DNA from: Ginglymostoma cirratum | Lineage: Eukaryota | NCBI GenBank assembly: GCA_024137785.1 | Contig: JAHRHZ010000021.1 | Coordinates: forward strand, 29,957,476-30,021,475 | Reading direction: 5' to 3' | Length of the DNA stretch: 64,000 nucleotides | Shown here: positions 12,540-24,959 of the stretch, piece by piece | Layout of the letters: each line of letters begins with the position of its first letter | How positions within the stretch are numbered: position 1 is the stretch's first letter | Notes under the pieces: generated by a model | Database searches by the model: none | Told to the model about the DNA's origin: nothing | The model's input: the letters and a program-made list of their open reading frames with translations, nothing else | Position numbers and translations under genes: made by a program

Positions 12540-13070
12540 GGAAAGTGGAGACATTGAAAGGAGAGAGTGAGGTGGTGGTGGTGGTGGTTGGGGGGGAAGA
12601 GGGGGTGGGGAGATATATGGAGAGGGGAGAGAGATGGAGGGAGGGGGAAGACAAGGGAGAGAGACAGAAGGGGAGGGAAGAGAGACAGAGGCACAGAGAC
12701 AGAGACAGAGAAGGAGAAAGTGGGGAAAGAAAGAAAGGGAGGGATGTGAGGGGGGGTTGGTGAGAGTGAGAGGGGGAGGGGAGACATAGGGTGAGAGGAA
12801 AGCGAAGGTGTGAGAAGGGAGAGCAAGATCACGAGGGGAAAGAAAGTCCACGAGGGGAGAGTGAAAAAGCACAGGGAGAGACAGAAAAAGATAAAAGGAA
12901 GAAAAAGTAAGAGGGTGAAGAGAGAGGGGGACAGAGACCAAAGAAAAGGGGGAGGCCAGTAAAAAAAAAAGGGAGTCAAGGGGAGAAGAAGACTTGGGGA
13001 CAGAGGGGGGAAGACAGCACGTGGGAGTGAGGGGAAAGTAAGGGGAAAGAGAAGACGTGAAGAGACAGAG
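12540..13070. repeat. Polypurine (GA-rich) low-complexity tract
   Basis: About 530 nt that are almost all G/A on the + strand. Explains the long spurious P/L/S-rich ORFs. Confidence 0.9.
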
Positions 13071-13074
13071 GCAA

Positions 13075-14220
13075 TATTTGCATATCCTAAGGTCAAGATG
13101 TTCATGCAGATTCTGCATAAGTGCCAGATTTTTCTGCTTAATTTGTCCAGAAAGTATGACATCAGGACCTGGAACTTTGCTTCTAACAATCAAGTCAACA
13201 GCTGTAGTAAGCTGCATATCTTGGTACGCCACAAGCTTTCTTGGTACGATTTCTATGGTGTCTGGAGCTTCTACAACGACAATGTTCTCTCGAGTATAAC
13301 TCATGATAGAGTTTGAATCATCATTTGAATTATTTACTGCAGTTGATGACCTCCCCTACTTTTGGTCTCTTTGCTGGTACATTTGTTGTCTTTTTGATCA
13401 ATACATGCCCCTAATATTCCCTCTGTCAAAGTACATCTGAAAATTCTGCTAAAGTTATTACCAGTAGTCACTGGCTGCCTTATGGACTTTATTTAGAGTG
13501 GCTATTGTGCATTCAGTGACGTTGGTTGGAACTCTTGTAAGTAATGACAGGGATCATTTAGATTCCATGGCAACTTCCCTCAGAGCAATGTTACCATTGA
13601 AGCAGTCAGGATGTTTTTTGATCACTTCCAATATGTTCAAAGTATGGTATCTTTGTTAGTGCCTCTCAGTATTCTCTGGCATTTCACTTCTGCACACTGT
13701 GTTGAAATGCCAGAGAATGTCTGTTCAATTGCATTGAGGAGCTATTCGTTTTTATCTGGGCGCTGTATGGCTGATGTTGAAATGAGAATATCATTTAAAG
13801 GGTTGTAGCCTAACTATGGTGCACACCCAAAAATGATTTGGTAGCAATGAGTGCTAAGAATACTATTTAAAGAGGAATGTCTTGTGATTATCGAATCCAG
13901 ATGCGGCTAATGCTCTGATCTGCTGTCAGGGATCTCTCACAGCAAGGTTTATTACAAGAAGCTGTTTGTGCCTCAGAGTTTGCAGTACCAACAAAATTCA
14001 AATAGTCACTGTTCATTCCCATTTTTCTTTCCCAAGCCATGATGACCATAGCAGGAAGGTCATGTCTCACGATCTGCACCAGCTCTTGCGTTGAAAAGCC
14101 CCAGTAAATTCAAACTACGTGTCTTAGGAATTCTGCTATTTGCAGTGCCACGTTCCTCGTAAAACTTGCCTTTTGCTTCCATGAAAGCATGAAAAATGTT
14201 GTGGAAGACAACACTACAGC
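13075..14220 (-). mobile_element. RTE-clade LINE, pre-RT fragment (probably the same insertion as 10665-11100)
   Basis: Minus-strand FDRGNIRGMY and AVDLIVRSKVPGPDVI...LMQNLHEHL resemble RTE 'GNIRGMY' and 'KAPG.DGI...LH.L'. Confidence 0.6.
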
Positions 14221-14234
14221 ATAGCTACTCATGA

Positions 14235-14405
14235 GGTATTTTTTTAACTTGGGGGATGACAGCATCACTGGCTGGCCAGCAATTAGTTGCCCTTGACAGG
14301 AGGGTGGTGAGCTGCCTTCTTGAACCGCTGCAGTCCTCCTGCTGTAGGTTGACCTACAATGCCCTTAGGAGGAAATTCCAGGATTTTGACCCAGCAACAG
14401 TGAAG
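14235..14405 (-). mobile_element. CR1-like family A 3' tail
   Basis: Poly(T) followed by GGCTGGCCAGCAATTAGTTGCCCTTG...GCTGCCTTCTTGAACCGCTGCAGTC. Confidence 0.75.
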
Positions 14406-15407
14406 GACCCAGTTTAAGATATGAGACAGATGGAGAGAATGTGGCCTGAAATATTTAGTGAGAAGATTCTATTACTACCAGTAGAGATTCCTTGCAGCAA
14501 AGCCTATACCTTGCTCATGCACTTGCTCTGTACTCTTCCCTGCTAGATGAATGTATAATATTTTTCCTCAGTGATCCGTTCTCAACAGGCTTGGCGTCTT
14601 GCAGAGAAACTTACGCCCATGTTCAGCTGCAGGAGGTCAAAATTAGTTTGGGGTTGTGAGACAACCAGCTTCCATGTGTTACCATGAGAAAGCACAGCTG
14701 GGGATTTGCCAAAAAAGCTGTGAAATCAGGGCCCAGAAACACATTTGGCTCCCTTTGTTCACATTGCTGCTGGCCAGTGGTATAGCCCAAAAATGAGATG
14801 CAAACTAGCACATTGAAGCAAGAACCTCCTAGGTCTGTCTTTACTCAGTCACTCACTAAATGCATCATATTGACACACTGGACACAAACCTGTGCTAGGA
14901 GTCAACGTATTTGTTAACTATATTGGTGAAACAAATTTTAAGTGCTAGTTGCCTAATAAAAGTATGTATTTTGTCATTATGTTGAAGGCTTTATTTTGAT
15001 GTTAAGAAATTATAACTGAAAATCAATAGGGTTAAAATTTCAATGCCATTTGTACCATCATCATTGATTTGCTTTATTTTCTGAGCATAGGCATCTTAGG
15101 GCTCAGCTTCCAAATTTATAAATCCAAATTTATAAATCCAGTCAAGGTCATCAGAAAATAGCGACTGTAGCCAAATTTCTAATATAGACTGTCAATCAGT
15201 AAAGGTCCACAAAAGTAGTCAGATGGAATTATAGTGAAAGAAACATTGAGGAAATTCAAGACAATTTGAGGCAAAGTGCCATTGTTAATTTTTAGGGAAT
15301 TATTCATCAGAAGAAGGAGTTACACACAGTTTCCAGTTATTTAAAATATTCTTTATGCAATTCAAGTTACTGACCACTCATTCAAGAAAATTTCATGCAA
15401 CAATTGA

Positions 15408-15712
15408 GGGCGGCACAGTGGCTCAGTGGTTAACACTGCTGCCTCACTGCACCAGAGACCTGGGTTCAATTCCACCCTTGGGCTGTGTGGAGTTTGCACA
15501 TTCTCCTCGTGTCTGCATGTGTTTCCATCAGGTGCTCTAGATTCCTCCCACAGTCCAAAGATGTGCAGGGTAGGTGGATTGGCCATGCTAAATTGCCCAT
15601 AGTGCTTAGGTTATGTGGGTTAGACATGGGAATGCATCTGGGTGGGATGCTCTTCGGGGGTGGGTGGGCTTGTTGGGCCGAATAGCCTGTTTCCACACTA
15701 TGTAGGGATTCT
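15408..15712 (+). mobile_element. HE1/V-SINE
   Basis: A/B boxes, V-domain and CR1-type tail. Confidence 0.9.
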
Positions 15713-15749
15713 AATTGCTTAACTCCTCAAAACACTCCACCGATTTGTG

Positions 15750-16153
15750 GCAACATAGAACAGTACAGCACAGTACAGGCCCTTTGGCTGATGATGTTGT
15801 GCCGACCTATTATCCTACTAAGATCAATCTACCGTGCATACCCTACATTTTACTATCCTCCATGTGCCTATCCAAGAGTCGCTTAAAAGTCTCTAAAGTA
15901 TCTGACTCCACTATCACTGCCGGCAGCGCATTCCACATGCCCACCACTCTCTGTGCGAAGAACCCACCTCTGACATCTCCCCTATACCTTCCTCCAATCA
16001 CCTTAAAATTATGCCCCCTTGTAATAGTCATTTCCGCCCTGGAAAAAAGTCTCTGACTATCCACTCTATCTATGCCTCTCATCATCTTGTACATCTCTCA
16101 AGTCACCTCTCATCCTTCTTCACTCCAATGAAAAAAGCCCTAGCTCCCTCAAC
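15750..16153 (-). mobile_element. Relatively young CR1 3' end
   Basis: Open frame YKMMRGIDRVDSQRLF...RGHNFKV...FFAQRVVGMWNALP (CR1 ORF2 C-terminus) plus tail. Confidence 0.9.
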
Positions 16154-16459
16154 AGCTGACCACTGTCAGGTAGCAAGGTAACTAGTTGGTTGTACTCGCT
16201 ATTTCCACCAAATCTCCTGATGATATCCCGCCATCAACCTCAATACAGATCTAGATATCAACTATGCCCAATGGGCATGCTGGGGCAGCAGGCAGAAACA
16301 ACGGTCCTCTGGTGAAAACCTTTGCATGTATTCAAATCATACATAACTAATAAGTGCAAGACAGGAGCTGCACATCTTGGTGCTATCATCAAAAAATTTT
16401 ATTCTGCCTCATGATAATTTTACCCCTAGCTCAATTAATAGTTCCCTGACCACTACGTT

Positions 16460-16670
16460 AGAAATTCTGGTTTTCGAATTCCACTCAAAAACCTGTGCTC
16501 AAGTTCCTAGGATGATGCAGTACCAAAGGAGATCTGCACTGTCAGTCAGAGGTGACATTTTCAGATAAAATAAAAAACCAAGGTCCTGTCTGCTGTTTCT
16601 CTAGAAGTAAAATATCCCACCATACTGTTTCAAGACCAGTAGAGTTATTCCTGATTATTCATGTAATTGA
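16460..16670 (+). mobile_element. DeuSINE (SacSINE1/AmnSINE-like), old copy
   Basis: GCAGTACCAAAGGAGATCTGCACTGTC...GAGGTGACATTTTCAGAT...AACCAAGGTCCTGTCTGC...GTAAAATATCCCA resembles the Deu-domain consensus. Confidence 0.6.
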
Positions 16671-17395
16671 CAACATCTAACCAGCTTTACACGACAGAAT
16701 TAAAATTAAACCACAGTGCCTTAATTACATCCAAAATTGATATACACAGAGCCAAAGCACTTACCAAGGAAATGGTTTAAATTAAATAGCGTACATTTTG
16801 AGAACAGACTTAGTAGTTCCTTTACTTCTAAAGCCATATTCACTGTATCCTATGGGCTATAATTATGATTACTCTAGTGTTTTTCGTTCACTACAAACAG
16901 GAGCTAATGCAAGATAGTTTACAAATCAAGCAATTACTTCAGAAGTAACAAACTGTCTTTCAAGTAAAACACCCAGAAAACAGAACACTGTTTTCTTGAA
17001 TCACAACTATAAGAATGATAACACATATCTGAACTCTTATCAATTGATCTAGTTTTTCTTCAGAATCTTCAAGATATGATTCCTGTCCTGATTCTTCATG
17101 TTAGTCACAATTCTAATTCAATTACCTGCTCCAATTCACCTTTTTAACTGATCAAAGTGAGCTGAGAGCCCAGAATGAGTTTCCTGCTGTTCTCATCATC
17201 ATTTACAATGATCAATTAACCACCTGATCATCTGACTAAGAAAGGAATATGTTGAGCAAGAGTGTAAAATGGACCCTATCTACTATACCATCAGGTAACA
17301 TATGCATCACTGGACCAATCAATTAAGGGATCCTTTGGTTGCCCAAATTTCTTTCTTTTTCTTATCCAACTCCTTAAATTCAATAACAAACTTAC

Positions 17396-17556
17396 ATGTT
17401 TGCCCTTTTCCATTAATGTTCCTTGTTCCAAAAGGGCATTTTCCTCTGGTTCAGCTCTCAAGGTGTAGTTAGACTCATCTTCTGGAAGACAGACAGCTTC
17501 TGCAGTCTGGTGCTCAGAGATATCTGAAGAACTTTGAGCCAGTTCCACTGCCTGTC
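17396..17556 (-). CDS. CCDC91: CCDC91 coding exon (GQAVELAQSSSDISEH...LMEKGKH)
   Basis: Strong polypyrimidine tract with CATTAG| acceptor and |GTAAGT donor, 161 nt, phase 1 to 0. Open in frame with both neighbours and similar in length to the recalled human exon. Confidence 0.88.
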
Positions 17557-17995
17557 CTAATGGAAAAAGAAAAGGTATAATTAGAAGAATCGCAAAGAAA
17601 TTAAAGTAACACTATAATATGTTGATAACAATTGCAGAACTTGTTTCTAACCATACTGGCAACTTCATACGTAGAGCTGTAAAATAATGTCTTCTACAAT
17701 CAAATCAAGGGCAACCCAAAGTACTTTACAGGCAAAGTAGCATTTCTGAAATGTAATAACTGCTGCAACATAGGGAACATTTTCTAAGCTGTCTCAAAAA
17801 GCTATGTCATTATAACCACTGATAAATGTTAGCCTTATTAAGGACTCTAGTTAAAATCTTATCCTTTAAGAAGCTCACATAAAACTATTAACGTANNNNN
17901 NNNNNTTTAAGAAGCTCACATAAAACTATTAACGTAGCTTAATTGTCAGACTTGAAACTGAAAACTGAAAACTGAAAACTGAAGAGATATCACAG

Positions 17996-18092
17996 GATAA
18001 CAAGGCGTGGGGCTGGATGAACACAGCAGGCCAAGCAGCATCATAGGAGCAGGAAAACTTGACGTTTCGGGCCTAGACCCTTCATCAGAAAC
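17996..18092 (-). mobile_element. Solo Penelope terminal repeat with intact hammerhead core (18061-18088)
   Basis: Minus strand reads CTGATGA-A-GGG-TCTAGG-CCC-GAAA-CGTC. Same family as the arms at 32137-32682 and 47600-48258. Confidence 0.8.
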
Positions 18093-18294
18093 CTTTCAGA
18101 AAGCCTTCCAGGCTGTCAGTTCAGTTCCAGCTATTAAACTGAAGCAAACACAGCCAAGGGCTCCCTTATAGTAACCCTGAGTAGAAGAGGTGAAACTGGA
18201 TCAGAGAGAGGGCCACCATTTTATACTGTAATTTTCACACTGAACTAAGTCCACTGCACCAGTAAATATGGAACAAAGATGAGGTGAGGTGAAG

Positions 18295-19105
18295 TGAGAG
18301 TGACAGCCCTTGACAAGACTGCATTCAACTAAGTAACATCGACAAGCCCTAGCAAAACTGGAATCATTGTGTATCAAGGGCAAATTCTCTACTGGCTGGA
18401 GTCACGCTTGGCACACAGGAAGATGGCTGTGGAGGTCAGTCATCTCAACAGGAGTTCCTCAGGGCAGTGCCCTAGGCCCAACCATCATCAGCTGCTTCAT
18501 CAATGACCATCCCTCCATAATAATGTCAGAAGGGGGAACATTCACTGATGATTACGCAACGTTCAGCACCATTCCAACTCCTTAGATACTGAAGCTGTCT
18601 GTGTTCAAATGCAACAAGATCTGGACAATATCAAGCTTGGGCTGACAAGCAGCAAATAACATTGACATCATACGATGCCAGGCAATGACTACCTCCAGGA
18701 CAAAGCAGCCTGCTTGATTGGCACCACATCCACAAGCATCCACTCTCTCTACCAGTGACGCTCAGTAGCAGCAGTGTATCTACAAGATGCACTGCAGAAA
18801 TTCACCAAAGATCCTTAACAGCTCCTTTTAAACCTACGACCACTTCCATCTAGATGGACAAGAACAGCAGATACAAGGGAACACCACCACCTGCAGGTTC
18901 CTCTCCGAGCCACTTACCATCCTGACTTGGAAATATATCACCTTTCCTTCACCATCGCTGGATCAAAATCCTAGAATTCCTTCCCTAACGACATTGTGGG
19001 TCTACCCACAGCAGGTGCACTGCAGCAGTTCAAGTCGGCAGCTCACCACCTGCTTATTGGAGGCAGCTAAATACAGACACCCACAACCCACGAATGAATA
19101 AAAAT
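18295..19105 (+). mobile_element. CR1-like family A RT and 3' end with internal deletion
   Basis: GVPQGSALGPTIISCFINDHP...FTDD and the family A tail ending GAATGAATAAAAA. Confidence 0.85.
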
Positions 19106-19309
19106 ATTAACAAAAAGTAACTAATTTACATGACATCTTACCAGGATGTCCCAAAACATGCATCACAAGTCCTCTAATAGCAATGATCTGCTAATGCTTG
19201 TTAAATGAGGAATCCTGACAAATACACGAAAAGAATTTTCAGCTTCAAAGCACCATCAACCTATTTGTTTCCCATCAATGAAGCAGTAAATAGAAAAACC
19301 AAAAAAAAA

Positions 19310-19437
19310 AACGCAGATGCTGTAAATCAGAAATAAAAACAGAAATTGCTGGAAAAGCTCAGCCAGTCTGACAGCACCTATGGAGAGAAATCAGAGTTAA
19401 CGTTTTGGGTCGCGTGAACCTTCCTCAGAACTGATGG
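19310..19437 (-). mobile_element. Solo Penelope terminal repeat (5632-5870 family)
   Basis: GCAGATGCTG...GCTGGAAAAGCTCAGC...GTTAACGTTTTGGGTC...CCTTCCTCAGAAC. The hammerhead GAAA box is mutated. Confidence 0.7.
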
Positions 19438-19744
19438 TAGCTAGCAAAATGCCAGAAGCAGCAAATGGACTTTGTGAAACGTCATCCTTCAGTCGAGACC
19501 TTTGAACTGAGCTATCAGTCAAGATTTAGTGTTGTAGTGCAGGAGTTGTGCTTGAATTCAACAAGCACGAGTGTGATCAACTCATTCAAGTTGATATTGT
19601 GCACCACTGCAGAGACTGAGCTCGTGGCAATTTTAAAAAACGAGCATTTTACACAAGAATTTAACCTCCTTTAAATTGTGTTTTGTGATGCTGCATGAGG
19701 ATACATTGTAAAAGACTTTCTTCATAGTCACATCTGTGATGTTA

Positions 19745-20880
19745 TAAATGATAAACTCTAACATCAAAACAAGTAAGAGTCAACGGTACAGAGGATAAAT
19801 GTATTACCAAGGGTAAAGGAAGAAGGTGGTTAGCCAACAAGAAATAGAGTATACATAAATGGGTTATTTTCAGGTTGGCAAGATGCAATGAATGGAATGC
19901 ACAGGTACAGTGCTAGGACCTCAACTACTTACAATCTATGTCAATGATGGGTCCAAAAATATGGTTCCAAAATTGCTGTTGACACAAAAGTGATAAAGCT
20001 AGTTGTGAAGAGGCACAAGGAAACTGCAAAGTGACATAATAAGTTAACCGAGACGGTAAAAGATTTGGTAGATGCAGTGTAATGTGGAAAAGTGTGAACG
20101 TGCCCAACCTGCCAGGAAGAACAGAAATGCAGCACATTATTTAAATGTAGAGAGACTACAGAATCTGCAGTACAGAGGACATCACAAAAAGTCAGTCTGC
20201 AGATAAATTGAATGATTAGGAAGGCACATGGAATGTCGATGTTTATTGTAATGGAAATTGAATAAAACGAATGGGTATTTTGCAATCATTGTACAAGGTA
20301 TTGGTGAGATCACAGCTAGAGTACTGTGTACACAGCTGCTTCGTAGATTCAAACCATCCTGAACTCGGATTTATATCACCATTTCTTCACTATCTTTATA
20401 TATTATCATTCAGTCATGGGATGTCAGCTTCACTGACCATGAGAAACAGGAGCAGAAGTTGCTAATTTCATCCATCAAGTCGGCTTCATTATTCAATGAA
20501 ATCACGGCTGATCTGATAACCCTCAACTCCACTTTCTTGCCTTATCCCTATAATCCTTGCCCCCTTACTGGCTAAAAATCTGTCTATGTCAACCTTGACT
20601 ATATTTAAGCACCTAGCCTCGATAGACCTCTGCAGTAAAGAATACTACAGACTGTTTTTCTTTCAGAGAGTTAACATTTTCCTCGTATCTGAAGTAAATG
20701 GCTGACTACCTAGTCAGAGATTATGCCCTCTGGCCCTAGACTCTCCCACAATGGGAAACATATCCACCCTGTCAAGCTCATAAGGAATCTTTTTTGCGTT
20801 TCAATTAGTTCTCCTCTCTTTCTTCTAAACTCTCATGAGGACAAGTCTAACCGACTCAACCTTTGAACACAAGAAAATGA
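19745..20880. mobile_element. Two decayed CR1 (family B) fragments, + (19745-20340) and - (20440-20880)
   Basis: QSLYKVLVRSQLEYCV on the + strand; CR1 3' tail on the minus strand. Confidence 0.7.
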
Positions 20881-20969
20881 TTTACCTTCCTGTTACACAC
20901 TTCCCCCATTTTAAATAATATTCCGCTCTTCTATTGTCTGTTCTATACTCTTCTATACTCTGTATTTGC

Positions 20970-21395
20970 CCAGATGATTGCAGCTCCGACAACATCCTAG
21001 AAGCTTGATATGTTCTAGGACAAAGACACACACACACACAGCAGTGCATGCCATCTCCAAGATATAATGCAGAAACTCACAGAGGCTCCTTAGAAAGCAT
21101 CTTCTAAATCCATGGCCACAGCTATCTGGAAGGATAAGGGCAGCAAATACATGGGAACATTGCTACCTGCAAGTTCCCCTCCAAGCCACTCACCATCCTG
21201 ACTCTGAAACATATCACCATTCCTCTGGGTCTGGGTCAAAGTCCTGGAACTCCCTTCTTAACAGCATTATGTATGCACCTACACCAAATGGACTCCAGCA
21301 ATTCAGGAAGGCAGCTCACCACATTTCTCAAAAGCAATGGGGGATAAGCAACATATACCCAGCCAGCAAAACCCACATCTCCTGAATTTTTTAAA
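20970..21395 (+). mobile_element. CR1-like family A 3' end
   Basis: TCTGGAAGGATAAGGGCAGC...CCAAGCCACTCACCATCCTGACT...GGCAGCTCACC shared with the other copies. Confidence 0.75.
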
Positions 21396-23280
21396 ATAAC
21401 AAATTTAACTTTGGAAAGAGTTATATTAGACTCAAAACATTAACTCCATTTTATTCTCCACAGATAAAGCCACACCTACTGAGTTTCACCTGCAGTCTGT
21501 TTTTATTAATGCATAGGTTGGCAATCATCTGCTTTGGATTACCATGGAGCAGTCATGTTTCAAAACAGAAAAAAAATCACTTATTAACCTATCTGGAACT
21601 CATTTAAAACAAGGGTAAGAGTCTATTGTAGACTTTACAGTAGATCAGGAAGAGTCATGCTATTGCAGTGTTACGACGAGCTCTTTCCATTCTGATCAGC
21701 CCAGAAAGTAACTGAAGGTTACTTTATTGTTTGATAATGTACATGTTACTTTATATTTCATTACCTTTCAATAAAAACATTAAAACTAAAATTAGAGGAA
21801 TACATAATTAAATATGTTTCCCTGGACAATATCTCAAATCCCCAGCCAAGCCACTTATCTACACAGGTGCTTATTTCAGGAATTATGCCTTGAATACCTT
21901 AATTCAATATTCATGCTCATTTTCCCCTTGAGTGCTTCAAATCAACCGCCAAAGATCTGCATTTCTCTAAATCTGAAAAGACCACATGCAACCATGGGGC
22001 ATTTTTCACTTGAATTCAAAATTGCTGATACTTGATCAAAATATCCTGTTCACTGTTTATACAAGTTTACTTTTGGCATATATTACTTAAGAAGAAATCT
22101 AATGCCAAGATTGCATGATACCTGTACTTTCACATGAAACAAAGTCAGCAGAAAATACTTGCATTGAAAATAAGCATTCCCTCAGTTATAACTGAAAATA
22201 TTCCAATACCAACTCTTTCAACCCACAGTATCAACAACACTCATTGCAATATTCTCCATTAGTTTCATTTCAGACTATCATGTGGCCATACAACATGTCT
22301 TGCAGCAGAGATGGATGGAATTTTCTTTCATGTGAACCATTAATGTAATGCGAATATTTACTAAGAATTAAATACATCCAAATTGTGAATAATTACTAAT
22401 TTAAGTTAAACAATTGAAAACCTTGTCAAAGTATTTTAGTGAATCAGTCCAAGACTCATCTAAGATGCAACTTTTAGTCAGTAAATAGACTTTGATATAA
22501 CTACATTGAATTTCCACAAGATCAAAAAGTTTTCAGTTTATTTAGAGAGTTAGAACTGACTGGAAATAGCCAAAATTAATCATATTAATATAAATTTGTC
22601 AACTTAATTAAGGTAGGTGTAACTTAGTTATCGTACAGCCATTTTTTTCTGGCCCATTTACTGACAAAATCCCAGTGAGCGGACATTTGAATGGTGGCAG
22701 CGTAGTTTGAGAGAAGGTACATACAAAAACTGAGAAGAGAAATGCTCAGTACAGTACAGCTGACTAAAGAGACTAAAATTAACATAACCCACATATCAGC
22801 ACTTAAACTCTGGTATATAGATGTTGGGAATTTAACGGAGGGTAAACACAATGCTCTTTATTATGTATAAGTATCCAGATTTTGAGAGAGAATGGCTATA
22901 AGTGAATGTCACTAATTTGGCTCATTATCTGATAACTTAATGACATATGCCTCATTGTTCTACTTGAAATTCAGTACCAGTATATTGACAGGTATATAGG
23001 CCATACATGCCAAAGGCATGCAGATCATATCAAACAGCATACCCCTTTGGCTCTCAGCAACAAGAAAGATAATGACTATTCCCAATCAGCCTGTACTTAC
23101 AAATGTGTCCAACATTTGCATGATAATCCTAAATATACAACGAATTATGCTAACAAGAAATATAGGATTGCCACTCAGACTTGCAGTGTGCCTTGTACTC
23201 ACTTGCCTGTACTAGAAGCTACATATAATTATACACAGGGCCTTGTTACTTGCAAACAGAAAGAACATGAACACACATTG

Positions 23281-24250
23281 TCAGTACAATGTGGAGCTGG
23301 AGGAACACAGCTGGTCAAGCGGCATCAGAGGAGCGGCAGAGTCAATATTTCAGGTCTAGACCCTTCATTGGGACTGTCCTAATGAAGGGTCTAGGCCCAA
23401 AACGTAAACTCTCCTGCTCCTCTGATGCTGCCGGACATGCTGTGTTCCTCCAGATCCACACTGTATTGACTCTGACTTCAGCATTTGCAGTTCTTGCTAT
23501 CTCCAAGTGACTTATAACCCCACTGCGAAGCCTCTTCCAAGGATGCCCACCTTCAAGAAGTTGCCCTCCTCCCACCAGAAAGACCTCAGTCGATCTCTCA
23601 CCCACTGCAACCCACTGGGATCTCCTCCGCCCTGAAGCTCTTTGACCACATACTGAAACAAACCCATTACTAAAGCCACATCTCCTTTCTCAATACCTGC
23701 CTACGTAATCGGGTCATCCCCAATGGACCCCGAACAATGTTCAGACCACCCCAGTTTGGCCCCAACCGTGGCAACTGTTATCTGCAATACATCCAGAGCC
23801 TCCAAAAGTGGTTTTCTCTGCGGATCCTCAGCTCCACACTCGCAGCCATGCGCCAGCATCTTCTGGCAGTAGAGTCAACCATATCCCAGCTCAGAGCCTC
23901 TCTCTACCAGACCTGCAAGGGACCTCTCCATTTTTCATTCTGCGCAGGATTTACACCCTCAACCAATACTTTTTCTCCACCCTGTCGGATATCAAGGATC
24001 GTAAGTACACCAAACTTGCTTGTGCCTTCCTCCAAACACAGACCTCCTATACCACCCCAGACCCCAATCCTATCCAAGACCTCTCTTAATTTGTCCGGTG
24101 CCATTAACCATGCGGTCGCCTCAGAGTCCTGATGAAAGGTCTGGGCCTGAAATGTCAACTCTCCTGCTCTTCTGCTGCCTGACCTGCTGCATTCTGCCAG
24201 CTTCACACTGTATTGACTCTGACTCCAGCATCTGCAATTCTTGCTTTCTC
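23281..24250 (+). mobile_element. Non-autonomous Penelope derivative: inverted LTR + LTR + 5' ORF fragment + LTR, with a 15-bp TSD
   Basis: TSD CATGAACACACATTG at 23266-23280 and 24251-24265. Fold-back centre CCCTTCATTGGGACTGTCCTAATGAAGGG. Direct LTRs at ~23376-23503 and ~24125-24250. Internal PLE N-terminal coding remnant (SHISFLNTCLRNRVIP). Confidence 0.85.
24123..24162 (+). ncRNA. Minimal type I hammerhead motif in the 3' LTR
   Basis: AGAGUC-CUGAUGA-A-AGG/ucuggg/CCU-GAAA-UGUC-AACUCU: intact core, GUC triplet, 5-bp helix I after one C-A mismatch. Confidence 0.65.
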
Positions 24251-24959
24251 CATGAACACACATTGCGTGGCTAAAAAGTTGGAGATATGGCTTCCATCAT
24301 CTTCTTTCACATCTTTTTCATAAAAAACATGGCCACTAAAACGGTTGAGTTATACTCCTGTTTTTTCTTGAAAGACTTGATAATCTCAGAGATCAGGTAC
24401 AATCGATGGTTCAATTTTGGATTCCTCAGCAAAATCAGTGACAGCTATTCGTTGGTTCATTTCTCAGCGCAATGCCCTCACCAGAGTCGTCTTCTTGGTT
24501 TAATACTCAAACAAAAAATAAAATCTCCATAGTCCCAGATGACCACTGGGCTGCTCTTTCACTGGAGAGACACAACTGATGGTGGCTTAACCTGAGTTTC
24601 ACCACACCTCAGGTAAGGGGAGGTGTTGAAAAGATGGGACCTTCATGGTAACCTCAGTCTGACAGTTAACTTTCAAATCAGCATTAATGGATGCATTCGC
24701 TAAAACGATGCTTTGACCAGATTCCAATTACCAATCAACATTCTTCTCTCATGCAGTATAATTGTTTAACTTTTATTCTTACAAATTTTCTGTCGCGTGC
24801 AAGACAAGAAACGTCAATTTTTTAAGCAATACTCAAATCTTAATTTATTCACACCTCACTATAGCTGGACCTTATACAATGAAAGGTATTGAAAAATGTC
24901 CAGATTTAACTCTAAAAAAACTCTAATCATTTTCTGTGTGCTGTCTTCAGCTAAATGCT

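Noticed and set aside
12425-13304. Longest ORFs in the track (254-255 aa)
   Set aside because: They arise from a stop-poor polypyrimidine strand plus a short RTE remnant and are not a gene.
17865-17936. 31-bp direct repeat flanking a 10-N gap
   Set aside because: Typical unmerged contig overlap, so an assembly artefact rather than a TSD.
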